Origin: a virus
Lineage: Duplodnaviria > Caudoviricetes
Reading direction: 5' to 3' (one strand)
IMG/VR virus record: IMGVR_UViG_3300034374_008412
Location: 1-56,439 of that record
Length of the DNA stretch: 56,439 nt
The notes beneath the pieces were generated by a model, which saw nothing but the letters and a program-made list of their open reading frames with translations, was not told where the DNA came from and did no database searches. Every line of letters begins with the position of its first letter. Position 1 is the stretch's first letter. Made by a program: the position numbers and the translations under genes. This document shows positions 18,569 through 28,341 of the stretch, piece by piece.

Positions 18569-19365
18569 TATAATCCATATTTTGTATTAATATAACTATC
18601 TATTTCTGTTTTTTCGGAAGCAGATACCTTATGGTCTATTAAGATAGTTTCAGCTATCATTCCACCAAAACCTCTAAGACTTACTGAATCTCCACCACCG
18701 AAACCTAACTTACCATTTGAACTTGGAATTGCAGTTGTTCTCGTATCGGTAGAAGTACCTACTCCTGCTATTGTTTGAGTTAATGTTCCACTATCCAAAT
18801 CTTTATCCCAATATCCAATCATATAATACCAAGTATTTTTAACTATATCTAATCTTGTTAAATCAGTACCATCATCTCCTAAAAACCAATGTGATTCATC
18901 AGATGTTCTTCTTAAATATTGAGCATAACCTTCATTAGCAACTGAAGTTTCTGTATTACCAAAAATCATATGAATATCACTTGTATTATTCATATCTGTA
19001 TTCCACATAAAAACTGTTACCATAGTAACTGCATTATCTAAATCATAGACATTTGGACTTGGTAAACTTTCAGAGAATAAAAATGTTTTTTCACTCCCTA
19101 AAAATATTTCTTGCGATGTTTGAATTGCAGGTTGTCCGTTAATTTGATTATCGAACCATTCGGGTTGATTAACACCCGTTGATTGTGTAACATCTATATT
19201 TGTAGCAGACCTATCTTCAATTCTACTTACCTTATTAGAGCCATCTTTTGTTACTCTTGTAGAATCGGCATCGTACCAAGCAATTATGCCCGTTACGTTA
19301 GGTAAATCTCCACCTCCACCACTTCCCGATGAACCATTATTAATAAATTGAGGAATATGTACCAT
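18568..19365 (-). CDS. LamG/concanavalin-like lectin domain protein
   Basis: IIAWYDAD, NTWYYMIGYWD, FGGMIAETIL...EIDSYINTKYGL. Confidence 0.7.
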   Translation of the reverse strand: MVHIPQFINNGSSGSGGGGDLPNVTGIIAWYDADSTRVTKDGSNKVSRIEDRSATNIDVTQSTGVNQPEWFDNQINGQPAIQTSQEIFLGSEKTFLFSESLPSPNVYDLDNAVTMVTVFMWNTDMNNTSDIHMIFGNTETSVANEGYAQYLRRTSDESHWFLGDDGTDLTRLDIVKNTWYYMIGYWDKDLDSGTLTQTIAGVGTSTDTRTTAIPSSNGKLGFGGGDSVSLRGFGGMIAETILIDHKVSASEKTEIDSYINTKYGL

Positions 19366-19368
19366 ATT

Positions 19369-20955
19369 TTAAGAATAATTTAGTGAGAAGTTTACTAAGC
19401 AATCTGTACCATCATAATATACAACTAAAGTATCTATTGCAGATGCACCCGTAGATATAGTAGGTGCAGTTCCACTTGGGAATTTAACTACACCACCACT
19501 TATAGTGTATGTACCAATATTAACGGGAGAAGAAGACTTCTGAATAACGGGTATAAAATATGTACCCCCTGCTTTTAAGTTGGTAAATGTTAAGGTTATA
19601 TCTCCCGTAGCACTTGCTAAATCTAATCTTTGAGAATTACCATTATCCCCATCAAATGTACTTGCATTTGCCGATACCGAAATATCAGAACCTTGTGTAC
19701 TCCAAATTTGATTATCTACTTGAAGACCACCTTTAAATACGTTTAAATCATTTGCTCCTGCTTGATATATTCCGTATTTATTAGTTCCCGTTGTATGTCC
19801 ATCTAAGTAAATATGATAAGCATTGGTACAATTAGTAATAGCCATACCCAAACTTTTTAATCCGTGGTAAGTAGTAACTATTCCTGCACCACTTGGAGAA
19901 GAAATGTAAATATCACTTAAATTAGTAATTGTACCCGATATAGCAGTTAAACAACTTACACCTATTAAATTAGTATTTGTATTAGTTGAATTATTTATTA
20001 CACTAATATTAGTACCATCAGCATCTCCATTATTAATTCTTGAATATATACCATAAGCAGAACCCGTACCACCATTTTCAGAATTAATATACATTCCATA
20101 GTTTATACCATTTGCTCCTGCATTACTATTAGTAGATGAGTTTTCAACCCACATTCCAAAAGTAGCACTACTTCCACTCGTAGTTTTTGATATACCTAAT
20201 TTTATATCATCATTAGGAGTTTGACCTATTCCCGTATTACCATTTAAATAGTTTAAATTACTATTGCTATCATAAATACCATACGAATTTCCACTACTAA
20301 CACTATTTTGTATGTAAATACCTAATGAATCTCCACTACTCGTATTACTATTATTTACAAAAACTCCGTAAGCATCACTACTACTTGTATTAGTTGATTT
20401 TATATAAACCCCAATATTATCAGCACTTGATGAATCAGTTATAAATAAACCACCAACACTTTTACCACTACTTGTTGCTACTTGTGAATGAATACCTACA
20501 TATTCATTACCTAAATAAGTAATTGTGTATGGAGTATTTGCAGTTGCAAAACTTCCTGCTACATTAGAACCCGTTATTGTACCCTGCGTACTTGCTCTTA
20601 TACCTATATTATTAGTAGAAGTGTTTGAAGTTGCATTAAAAGTTCCACCAAAAATGTTAGTTCCACCACCCGTAGCTTGTGAGTTAATACCATAACCATC
20701 ATTAAAGGTATTTCTAAGCCTTAAAGTTTCTGATTTAGTAGAATTATCTATATAAACAAGAGAAGAAGAAAATGGAGCAACATTAATACCTATTGTTGTC
20801 CCATCATCTCTAATTAAAGAGTTTCCTAATGTAGTTCCATCGGGAGTCCATTTTGCTACATAATTAAGTGTACCACTACCCGATACACCACCACCACCAC
20901 CCGAAGATGAACCCCCACTTCCAAAGACTGCGAAAAATTGATTATTGCCCTGCAT
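19369..20955 (-). CDS. Spike/receptor-binding-like protein 2 with beta-solenoid G/N/S/T repeats
   Basis: Repeated NxGxY / YGxY units; GSGTLNYVAKW; ATG 20955 matches the paralogue's N-terminus. Confidence 0.7.
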   Translation of the reverse strand: MQGNNQFFAVFGSGGSSSGGGGGVSGSGTLNYVAKWTPDGTTLGNSLIRDDGTTIGINVAPFSSSLVYIDNSTKSETLRLRNTFNDGYGINSQATGGGTNIFGGTFNATSNTSTNNIGIRASTQGTITGSNVAGSFATANTPYTITYLGNEYVGIHSQVATSSGKSVGGLFITDSSSADNIGVYIKSTNTSSSDAYGVFVNNSNTSSGDSLGIYIQNSVSSGNSYGIYDSNSNLNYLNGNTGIGQTPNDDIKLGISKTTSGSSATFGMWVENSSTNSNAGANGINYGMYINSENGGTGSAYGIYSRINNGDADGTNISVINNSTNTNTNLIGVSCLTAISGTITNLSDIYISSPSGAGIVTTYHGLKSLGMAITNCTNAYHIYLDGHTTGTNKYGIYQAGANDLNVFKGGLQVDNQIWSTQGSDISVSANASTFDGDNGNSQRLDLASATGDITLTFTNLKAGGTYFIPVIQKSSSPVNIGTYTISGGVVKFPSGTAPTISTGASAIDTLVVYYDGTDCLVNFSLNYS

Positions 20956-20989
20956 ATTTTTACCTTTAATTTTAGGCAAGACAATAAAA

Positions 20990-21142
20990 CTATTTGCCTT
21001 GCTTTTCTTTTATTCTTTTATTCCTTTGATAATTTTCGTATGCTTGATATATGTAACCCGTTAAAATTGCAGAAAAGAACAAACCCATAAAGTATCTTTG
21101 TTCCCAACTTAAATTCAATGGATTACCACTATCTTTATTCAT
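20990..21142 (-). CDS. Small single-TM protein (50 aa, not in track)
   Basis: MNKDSGNPLNLSWEQRYFMGLFFSAILTGYIYQAY. Confidence 0.55.
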   Translation of the reverse strand: MNKDSGNPLNLSWEQRYFMGLFFSAILTGYIYQAYENYQRNKRIKEKQGK

Positions 21143-21146
21143 AACA

Positions 21147-21782
21147 TTATCTATTTAATAAAAAGTCAATTATAGTTTTTGACTTCTTTTTATTTTTACC
21201 TTTTAATAATTCTGCATCTTTTTTATTTAAAGTATATTGTTTTGCAATACCACTTAAATATTCTTCCTTTTGATTACGTTCCTTATTCAGTTTAACAATT
21301 TCTTTAACCAATGCAGGATTACCCATTACAAAGTTTGTAATTTTTGTATATTCAAACTGAACATTAACAACTGCATACGGAAGTAATTGATAGCTAAACC
21401 TTGTCGTTCCATCAAATATAAACTCATCCCTTCTTTTACCTAAATTAACGTGCTTTAAAGTAGTAGATTCTTGGTTAGCATCAACTATTGGATTAAGTAC
21501 AAACACCCTATCAGTACCCCAAGCTAAATGTTTCCTAAATGTCATAGGTTGTAATAGCTGACTTATTCTTTCATTCAAAGAAAAAGTACCACTTGCGTAA
21601 GGTTGAATAGTTATTGAATTAATGCTTAAACTTTCTCCCGTTTGTGAGTTAAGCAATTCTCCATAACCTACTCCGTTTAAATCTACTACTCCACCACCAC
21701 TACCCGTTGTAAAAGTAGTAGTAAAAGTTCCCGATGCAGGACTTGGAGCAGTAGGGATGATATATGAATAAGACCACGACAT
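21147..21782 (-). CDS. Paralogue of putative capsid protein (minor capsid/penton candidate)
   Basis: Aligns by eye with 31845-32582: GVxYxExL...QxL...LxPxxDxxQ...DGxT...AVV. Confidence 0.6.
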   Translation of the reverse strand: MSWSYSYIIPTAPSPASGTFTTTFTTGSGGGVVDLNGVGYGELLNSQTGESLSINSITIQPYASGTFSLNERISQLLQPMTFRKHLAWGTDRVFVLNPIVDANQESTTLKHVNLGKRRDEFIFDGTTRFSYQLLPYAVVNVQFEYTKITNFVMGNPALVKEIVKLNKERNQKEEYLSGIAKQYTLNKKDAELLKGKNKKKSKTIIDFLLNR

Positions 21783-21810
21783 ATTTTATATATTTAATTT
21801 TATAAAATTT

Positions 21811-22350
21811 CTATGCTAACGTATTGAAAAGTACATTTTTAACTAATTTAGTATATGAATCAATAGGTAGTGTATAATTTATTTCAAAACCTATTTTTGC
21901 AAAAAGTACATCAATATTTCTCCTTATTTGTAATATAGGGTTTACATATACTACATTATCGGTTGGTAGAAACCCATTTACGTTAGTTACTCCATTTACA
22001 ATTTCATCAGCTACTTCTTGTAAAGTAGAATTAGCAGGGAAATTTGGACTTCCACTATCGTCTGAATATACAATCCTTTTAGTAGTAACGGCAGAAACTA
22101 ATTGAATTAAAGTTGGGTCATAGTTTCGATAAATATTATCATCAATAATACCAACAAAACCATTTGTAGTAAACCAAGGATTATCAAACGTATCTGTATC
22201 TGATGATGCAATTCGTTGTTCTTCAATACCATTAGTTGCTTGTGTTACTGCTTGAGGAACATTATCTCCACTTTGCCCTTGGTCAAACAAGTCAATAGTT
22301 ATTGTATCAGAAGTAGTATTAATTAACTTTAAACCCGTATTATTCGCCAT
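21811..22350 (-). CDS. Beta-rich putative virion protein
   Basis: N-terminal LKLINTTSDTITIDLF resembles the first strands of the putative MCP. Confidence 0.55.
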   Translation of the reverse strand: MANNTGLKLINTTSDTITIDLFDQGQSGDNVPQAVTQATNGIEEQRIASSDTDTFDNPWFTTNGFVGIIDDNIYRNYDPTLIQLVSAVTTKRIVYSDDSGSPNFPANSTLQEVADEIVNGVTNVNGFLPTDNVVYVNPILQIRRNIDVLFAKIGFEINYTLPIDSYTKLVKNVLFNTLA

Positions 22351-22750
22351 CTTCTATAATTATTAAATCAATTAAATTTGATAAAAGACCACCATTAAGT
22401 TCAACATCTTTAAGTTTATCTATTGAAAATTTATGCCAATTTAGTTCGGGTGCATCTTCATTAATAAACTCATTCCAAATTTTTAGTTGCTCTTTTTCAG
22501 CCTTTTTATCTTTCCAAACAATCATTTGCATACCATTAATATTTTCAGTTTTTAACTGACCATTATCATCGTATGCTCCACAATTCTTTTTAATATCTTC
22601 TCTTACACCTTCTACTTCCTTCATAAAAGGTTTTACTAATCTTAAATTCTTACCAATTTGATACCAAGCAGGAGTTTCCTTACTCGCTAAATAGCTTAAT
22701 GAATCTGCTATGTTTATCAATTCTTCTTTGGTTAATTTTTGCTCTGCCAC
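22340..22750 (-). CDS. Hypothetical protein
   Basis: GTG start, operon packing. Confidence 0.7.
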   Translation of the reverse strand: MAEQKLTKEELINIADSLSYLASKETPAWYQIGKNLRLVKPFMKEVEGVREDIKKNCGAYDDNGQLKTENINGMQMIVWKDKKAEKEQLKIWNEFINEDAPELNWHKFSIDKLKDVELNGGLLSNLIDLIIIEDGE

Positions 22751-22756
22751 TTTAAT

Positions 22757-22897
22757 TTAATTTTGGTTTTCTAATTCTCTTTTAATCTGCTTAATTCTAA
22801 GGACATCTAAGTATGCCCTAATAATAAAAGAGGTAGCCACACCGATTGCAACAATACCCCCAATTCCTATTACTCCTTTAAAATCTTTGTCATTCAT
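22757..22897 (-). CDS. Small single-TM protein (46 aa, not in track)
   Basis: MNDKDFKGVIGIGGIVAIGVATSFIIRAY. Confidence 0.6.
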   Translation of the reverse strand: MNDKDFKGVIGIGGIVAIGVATSFIIRAYLDVLRIKQIKRELENQN

Positions 22898-22903
22898 AAT
22901 TCG

Positions 22904-23413
22904 CTATTTTTTCATATCAAAATATTTTGACATTAATTGATTTATCTTTTTAAATACTCTACTACTTTCTTGAAAACCTAAACGACTTAAATTTTCAAAA
23001 ACACTTACAATTAGTTGTATAGAAATTAAATGAAGTATAGTCCAATAAATAAAATCGTATATCACACCAACTTTATCTTGTATGAATGATAACTTCATAG
23101 TGTTTACAATAGCTATCATACAAGTATATATGATAACCTTTGCTACAAACCTACCTAATCTTTTGCTCTGTATCTTTTTACCTTCCTTTATAGAAGCATA
23201 AACACCCGTTACGAACTCTATTCCTAACAACAATAAAAAAGCTAAATAAACCATTAATTCTATCCCTAATATTTTATCTACTAAAGCACTTAATGTTCCA
23301 AAAGTAAACGACATACCAAGCATAGGCTTATAGTTTTTGTAATGTAATGTAGATTGAAATAAATCTTCCATTGATACAAACCCCCAATCTTTTATGTATT
23401 CATTAGCTTTCAT
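22904..23413 (-). CDS. Phage holin family 4-like membrane protein
   Basis: EFVTGVYASIKEGKKIQSKRLGRFVAKVIIY...SVFENLSRLG. Confidence 0.7.
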   Translation of the reverse strand: MKANEYIKDWGFVSMEDLFQSTLHYKNYKPMLGMSFTFGTLSALVDKILGIELMVYLAFLLLLGIEFVTGVYASIKEGKKIQSKRLGRFVAKVIIYTCMIAIVNTMKLSFIQDKVGVIYDFIYWTILHLISIQLIVSVFENLSRLGFQESSRVFKKINQLMSKYFDMKK

Positions 23414-23423
23414 AAACTAAATT

Positions 23424-23675
23424 TTAAGATGCTACAATTTGTGCTTCCAAATTAGTTGCATCTGTTAATATTGTTATATCGGGTAAAGTTTGACCCGATG
23501 GAGCAACAAGAGAAACACTTTCTCCCGACTTCAATACTATGTAAGTTCCATTAGCTTGTTGAACTCTACAACCATCAGATGCGTGAGAGTTCAAAACTGC
23601 AATGTTATTTTTGTTTTGATAAGTCGTTTCACTTGTTATTGTTTCTGTAACTAATTGTGTAGTAATTGCACCCAT
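23424..23675 (-). CDS. Small all-beta putative virion protein
   Basis: Alternating hydrophobic strands, IVLKSGESVSL. Confidence 0.55.
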   Translation of the reverse strand: MGAITTQLVTETITSETTYQNKNNIAVLNSHASDGCRVQQANGTYIVLKSGESVSLVAPSGQTLPDITILTDATNLEAQIVAS

Positions 23676-23684
23676 AATCTATAA

Positions 23685-24107
23685 TTAATCTCCAAATATT
23701 TCTCCAAAACTTAAAAGTTTCAAAGGTTTTTCATTGATACAAAGTATCAATCTTAAATCATTACATTCGTTATCATTTGTAGCAATTATAACTGATACTT
23801 TTTTTGAATCAATTTTTTGCTCTTTTGATAATCTATTCAATATTCCTTTGATTTTAGGTTGAACAAACAAATCTGCCTTTAGTCCTTTACCCGTAAAATC
23901 AACTTTGGGAACAAGCATTAGTTGTTTTAAAGTTATTTCATCAAACCCCTCATCTTTAAAGTTTGATAATAATTTATACTTTGGATTACATTCAGCATCT
24001 TCGGTATAAATTTTAATGTTTAACTCCTTTACTTCCTTCTCTTTTTCCCCTGCATAATGTATAATTGCATTACGCATAATTTTTTTGGTTTCGATTTCTG
24101 CATCCAT
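23685..24107 (-). CDS. Hypothetical protein
   Basis: 140-aa ORF. Confidence 0.7.
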   Translation of the reverse strand: MDAEIETKKIMRNAIIHYAGEKEKEVKELNIKIYTEDAECNPKYKLLSNFKDEGFDEITLKQLMLVPKVDFTGKGLKADLFVQPKIKGILNRLSKEQKIDSKKVSVIIATNDNECNDLRLILCINEKPLKLLSFGEIFGD

Positions 24108-24168
24108 TTTCTCTGCTTTTTATTTGATTTTTACGTTATTTTATCTTATAAAGATAATTATTTAAGGT

Positions 24169-24654
24169 TTAATCCTCTAATAATTCTCTCAAAGAATATG
24201 TAACATCAATCGGAGCATCAACAGATATTAATCCTTTTTTTACTGAAACGAAACCTCTCGTAGTAAATTTAGAAGTACCTCTTCTTGTTAAAAGCGAGTA
24301 AATTACATTTGCAATTCCTACTTCTTTTGGATTAAATGAGAAATCAAAAGTTATTTGAGAAGTACCCCCAAAACCTTTAACTAAAGTATCTACATTAGAA
24401 TTTATAATTTTACCAATAAAACTATTATTAATAATAAAGGCTAAATCATATTTTCTAATCGTAAAGTCAATTTCACTATTATTAGTTATATTAACACTAA
24501 TTCTTAAAGTTACGTTTGAAGGACTTTTATCAATTACCTTTATACCACTTAAAGAAATATCAGATTCTTCTAAAATAGCAACTTCGGTCTTATAGTAAGT
24601 ATAAGCACCATAACCAACTAAACCTAACCCCCCTAAAAGTAATAAACTTCTCAT
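24169..24654 (-). CDS. LEA_2/WHy domain protein with N-terminal TM
   Basis: ISLSGIKV...LRISVNITNNSEIDFTIRKYDLAFIINNSFIG...SQITFDF. Confidence 0.7.
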   Translation of the reverse strand: MRSLLLLGGLGLVGYGAYTYYKTEVAILEESDISLSGIKVIDKSPSNVTLRISVNITNNSEIDFTIRKYDLAFIINNSFIGKIINSNVDTLVKGFGGTSQITFDFSFNPKEVGIANVIYSLLTRRGTSKFTTRGFVSVKKGLISVDAPIDVTYSLRELLED

Positions 24655-24657
24655 ATC

Positions 24658-24807
24658 TTATTTTTTTATAAACTTATTATAACCATAATAAGCAATTACT
24701 AAAGCACCACCAATCATAATTAATTTTTTGTGCTTCATCCAAATCTTTTGTAATGGACTAATTTTATCCACTACAACTACTTCCTCTGTTACGTTTGTTT
24801 CTTCCAT
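24658..24807 (-). CDS. Small single-TM protein (49 aa, not in track)
   Basis: KHKKLIMIGGALVIAYYGYNKFIKK. Confidence 0.65.
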   Translation of the reverse strand: MEETNVTEEVVVVDKISPLQKIWMKHKKLIMIGGALVIAYYGYNKFIKK

Positions 24808-25367
24808 TATCTTCTAAATTTTCTAATTGCAAAAACACCTAATCCTAAAAGAATAACTCCCCCTGCAATCATTAAACCTTTATTTTGTAAAATTCCTGCT
24901 TTTTTTGGTTCTTCCATTAATTCTTCACTTGCTCCTGCTCCTGCGTTTTCACTACCTAATGCCTTATCTTTAAGAACATTAGTTAAATCTTTTACTATTG
25001 ATGGTTTTACTGCTTCCTCGATTTCAGCAGGAGTATCATCTATGGCAGGATTAGAACCTGCACTTAAATTGTTAGGATGAACGCTTCTACAAAGGCTATT
25101 CCATTTTGCTCTACCAACACCTAAAGGCTTTTTACGAGTACAACTTTCATAGTCAGTCGTTCTTTTCGCCTTCATATCAAGTCTTTCTTTTCTGTTGTCA
25201 AGACCTCTTTTCTTTATTCTATCTCTCATCGCTTTTCCTTTCTTACCAAAGAGATAATCAAAATCTTCATCAATAGACATATCTTCTCCATCAAAGTCTA
25301 AATATGGCGATACTTCCAATTCATCTAACTCATTGAAACCATCAAAGTTTGAACTACATCCACACAT
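24807..25367 (-). CDS. C-terminally anchored membrane protein with acidic NFDG leader
   Basis: SNFDG, LDFDG, FDYLFGKK; C-terminal TM followed by RKFRR. Confidence 0.75.
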   Translation of the reverse strand: MCGCSSNFDGFNELDELEVSPYLDFDGEDMSIDEDFDYLFGKKGKAMRDRIKKRGLDNRKERLDMKAKRTTDYESCTRKKPLGVGRAKWNSLCRSVHPNNLSAGSNPAIDDTPAEIEEAVKPSIVKDLTNVLKDKALGSENAGAGASEELMEEPKKAGILQNKGLMIAGGVILLGLGVFAIRKFRR

Positions 25368-25410
25368 AATTTTTAATTTTATTGTTACTTATTTATTACT
25401 TATTTATTAC

Positions 25411-25899
25411 TTATTTTCTTGGTCTTAAAGCAAAGAAACCTACTAAACCGATTGCTAATATACTACCAACAATGATTAAACCTTTTTTACTTCCTAATCC
25501 TGCAAGTTTTTGTCCTTGGTCAGTTGGCATACCATTTTCAGTAGTTAAATCATCTCCCCCAACGATTGAATCTCCAACATCAGCAATAGTGTTACCAATT
25601 TTATTTCCAAGTTTTGAAGCCTTACATTTTAAAACTGCACTTCTTCTTGACATACCTTTGTCTTGGTAAAACTGAACACAAGACTTTTTATCAGTTGGAG
25701 CATCAGCACTACTACCAACATCATCCCCTCTTTTTTCTAACCTTTTAATTTTTCTTGCTTGTCTTCTTGCTTTTGCTTTTTTACCGAAAAGATTATCAAA
25801 ATCTTCATCAAAATTAGAATCATCTATATCTCCATTAAAATCAAGCATTTGAGATTCTTCTCCATCCCAACCATCAAAATTTAAAAATTCATTTTTCAT
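25411..25899 (-). CDS. C-terminally anchored membrane protein with acidic NFDG leader (paralogue)
   Basis: LNFDG, LDFNG, FDNLFGKK; C-terminal TM. Confidence 0.75.
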   Translation of the reverse strand: MKNEFLNFDGWDGEESQMLDFNGDIDDSNFDEDFDNLFGKKAKARRQARKIKRLEKRGDDVGSSADAPTDKKSCVQFYQDKGMSRRSAVLKCKASKLGNKIGNTIADVGDSIVGGDDLTTENGMPTDQGQKLAGLGSKKGLIIVGSILAIGLVGFFALRPRK

Positions 25900-25908
25900 A
25901 ATTACTTA

Positions 25909-26661
25909 TTATTTGTTTGTTCTTCTTTTTCTTAATATAAATAAACCACCTATTATAACTACACTTAAAACACTTGCACCAATAATAAGTGTTTTTGTTC
26001 TTTTACTTTTTTCTTCTTGTTGCTTTTTCAAAAACCCTGCTTGTGCTTCTGCTCCTTCTTTATTAGCTTCTGCTTCTAATTTAGTCATTCTTGTTTTTGA
26101 AATTGCTCCTGCCATAGCACCTAAAACTGCTCCACCCGTTGCTATTAAAGATGAAGTAACAGCAGGTTCTAAATTTGAAAATGAAAAGTCGGGGTTTTCT
26201 TCTAAAAATATCATTTCATCATCTGTATAATCAATGAAATTACTTTTTAAGTCAAATTTAGCTTTACAATTTGCTCCACATCCTAAAGGTTTTTTGTCTT
26301 TTCCTGCACTCATACCTTTTAATAAAGCATCCTCGTTACCACCAAGACTTAACCATTTTCGGGTTGCTCTTTTCCATTCAGTCGTTTGTTCAGATTTTGC
26401 TCTGTAAAGCCTTGATGCCATCCCTCTAAAGTTGAATCTTAACAAAGTAAGAAAAGCACCTCTCGGAATAGCTAAACCAACTTTTTTAGCACCTCTACCT
26501 ATTGCAGAACCACCTAATTCAGTTCTACATTGTATTCTTGCTTGTCTTTTATTTTTTCCTTGTGCCTTTGCTTCATCTTCGCAAGACCTTCTTTTTTTAC
26601 CCTTGAAGAAATTATCAAATTCATTTAATTCTTCGTCTATATAATAAGTTCCGTTTTTCAT
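25909..26661 (-). CDS. Membrane protein with acidic leader and C-terminal TM
   Basis: EFDNFFKGKK; Cys pairs; C-terminal TM followed by RKRR. Confidence 0.75.
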   Translation of the reverse strand: MKNGTYYIDEELNEFDNFFKGKKRRSCEDEAKAQGKNKRQARIQCRTELGGSAIGRGAKKVGLAIPRGAFLTLLRFNFRGMASRLYRAKSEQTTEWKRATRKWLSLGGNEDALLKGMSAGKDKKPLGCGANCKAKFDLKSNFIDYTDDEMIFLEENPDFSFSNLEPAVTSSLIATGGAVLGAMAGAISKTRMTKLEAEANKEGAEAQAGFLKKQQEEKSKRTKTLIIGASVLSVVIIGGLFILRKRRTNK

Positions 26662-26670
26662 AATAAATAA

Positions 26671-27456
26671 TTAATCAACATCTAATCCAAATTCCATATC
26701 ATCGCCATCAAAATCAGAAAATTTTCTCATTTTAGTATTCACTCTTCCTGCCATAGCTTTTGCTTTTGCTTCTAATTGTGCTTTATAAGGACTTGCAGAA
26801 GGCTTTGCAATAGTAGTCGGTCTTGATGTAGCTATTGGTCTTACAGATGGTGGTCTTACAGATGGTTTTTTATATATAGTTGGTTTACCAAAAATAGCAT
26901 TTCCAACAGACGACACACCTTTACCAATATTTCCAAACAATCCCGTACCCGTTGGTTTTCTAAAGCCACCACCACTAATAGGTTTTGGACTTGTACCACC
27001 ACTAATAGGTTTTGGACTTGTACCACCTCGAATTGGGTCGCCTAAAGGTACGATTGGTAAACTTGGCTTATCGGGTATATCAATTCCAATAGGTCTATCG
27101 GGTCTTAACCAAGAAGGAGTATCATTTGATGGTTTTCCTTCACTTGGCTTATTATCGCCAATATTGACATTAAGGATGCTTCCTGCTCCCGTTACACCAC
27201 CACCCGTAGCAATATCAACATCAGAACCTTGTCCTGCTTCACTTTCTACATCTCCACCTACCGATGGTTCAGATGGCATACCGAAGCCACCACCACCACC
27301 ACCACCTAAAGATTCTTCTTCTTCGGGTAGTCCTTCTGTTTCCATTTGAGAACGCAACAAGGCTTCTTGTTGTCTTTTTCTTTTTAAATAGATATATCCA
27401 CCACCTAATAAAAGTAGAAGTATAAGTAAATTCCTATTTGTTTTATCCTTTGCCAT
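26671..27456 (-). CDS. Pro/Gly-rich low-complexity membrane-anchored protein
   Basis: N-terminal TM, poly-Gly, P/K/S repeats, C-terminal FSDFDG. Confidence 0.75.
   Translation of the reverse strand: MAKDKTNRNLLILLLLLGGGYIYLKRKRQQEALLRSQMETEGLPEEEESLGGGGGGGFGMPSEPSVGGDVESEAGQGSDVDIATGGGVTGAGSILNVNIGDNKPSEGKPSNDTPSWLRPDRPIGIDIPDKPSLPIVPLGDPIRGGTSPKPISGGTSPKPISGGGFRKPTGTGLFGNIGKGVSSVGNAIFGKPTIYKKPSVRPPSVRPIATSRPTTIAKPSASPYKAQLEAKAKAMAGRVNTKMRKFSDFDGDDMEFGLDVD
26968..27027. repeat. 27-bp tandem duplication (GGTSPKPIS x2)
   Basis: accaccactaataggttttggacttgt present twice plus a partial copy. Confidence 0.85.
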
Positions 27457-27461
27457 AATTC

Positions 27462-27866
27462 CTATTTATTATTCTTTCCGTAATAAGCTAAAGCCTTTTT
27501 TAAATCTGCTCCATCTAAATCATCTTTAAACCAAGCTATCAAATCTTCTCCATTACCAAAATTTGCATCAAAGTAGTTTTTAACCTCTATTCTTTTTTGA
27601 GAATCTAATGGGTCTAAAGTATTCCAAATTAATTTTTCGTTAGTACCCCATCCTTTCATAGCCTTATATAAGTTTTCAGCACTTTCTTTTGGATTAAATT
27701 TAGTATCTGTTCCCTTATCAACATTAGCTATACCCTTTGCAACTTCATCTATTTCATTATTATTCTTAAAAGATTTTTTACCTTTCTTTTTAATGAAAAA
27801 ATATGCTCCTGCTCCTAAAAGTCCAACAACACCTATTCCTATCGCTATTTTAATATTCTTATTCAT
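27462..27866 (-). CDS. TM-anchored single-repeat annexin protein A
   Basis: AENLYKAMKGWGTNEKLIWNTL...RIEVKNYF...FG...DL...KDDLDG. Confidence 0.8.
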   Translation of the reverse strand: MNKNIKIAIGIGVVGLLGAGAYFFIKKKGKKSFKNNNEIDEVAKGIANVDKGTDTKFNPKESAENLYKAMKGWGTNEKLIWNTLDPLDSQKRIEVKNYFDANFGNGEDLIAWFKDDLDGADLKKALAYYGKNNK

Positions 27867-27871
27867 ATACT

Positions 27872-28336
27872 TTACTTATATGCGTTTCTAAAATCACTTT
27901 GTTTTTTAATCAAATCATTAATACTACTTGATTTTCTTCCCATTATTACTGAATGAACATTATCTGTTTTTCTTCCCCAAACACCATCTTCTACTAAATA
28001 AGAAAAATCAGCTATTTTTTTTCTTCTTGCTTCTTTTGAAGAATCAGAATTTTTAGGAGATTTTCTTGCTATGTTAATAATGCTATTCAAAAGTTTTTGT
28101 GATGATTTAACCGATTCTCCCCTTGAACCTCTACTCAGCTTTTTATTCTTATCAACTGAATTAGAATTTGTTTTAGAAGTAGAAGTGGAAGTAGAAGTAT
28201 TAATATCGCTTGAAGTAATTGAATCTACGTCAAAATTTGAATCTTTCTTTAAAAACTTTTTATATAAGAAAAAACCACCAACACTAATTAATGCTAATGA
28301 ACCTATACCTATTGCTATTTTTGTACCTTTTTTCAT
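27872..28336 (-). CDS. TM-anchored peptidoglycan-binding (PG_binding_1-like) protein
   Basis: LSRGSRGESVKSSQKLLN...LVEDGVWGRKT. Confidence 0.75.
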   Translation of the reverse strand: MKKGTKIAIGIGSLALISVGGFFLYKKFLKKDSNFDVDSITSSDINTSTSTSTSKTNSNSVDKNKKLSRGSRGESVKSSQKLLNSIINIARKSPKNSDSSKEARRKKIADFSYLVEDGVWGRKTDNVHSVIMGRKSSSINDLIKKQSDFRNAYK

Positions 28337-28341
28337 ATTGT

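Noticed and set aside
20956-21142. Possible N-terminal extension of spike 2 by the upstream small ORF
   Set aside because: The small ORF ends at a TAG (20990-20992) in a different frame, and spike 2's ATG at 20955 matches its paralogue's N-terminus
26968-27027. 27-bp tandem repeat as a regulatory or mobile element
   Set aside because: In-frame duplication within a low-complexity Pro/Gly linker
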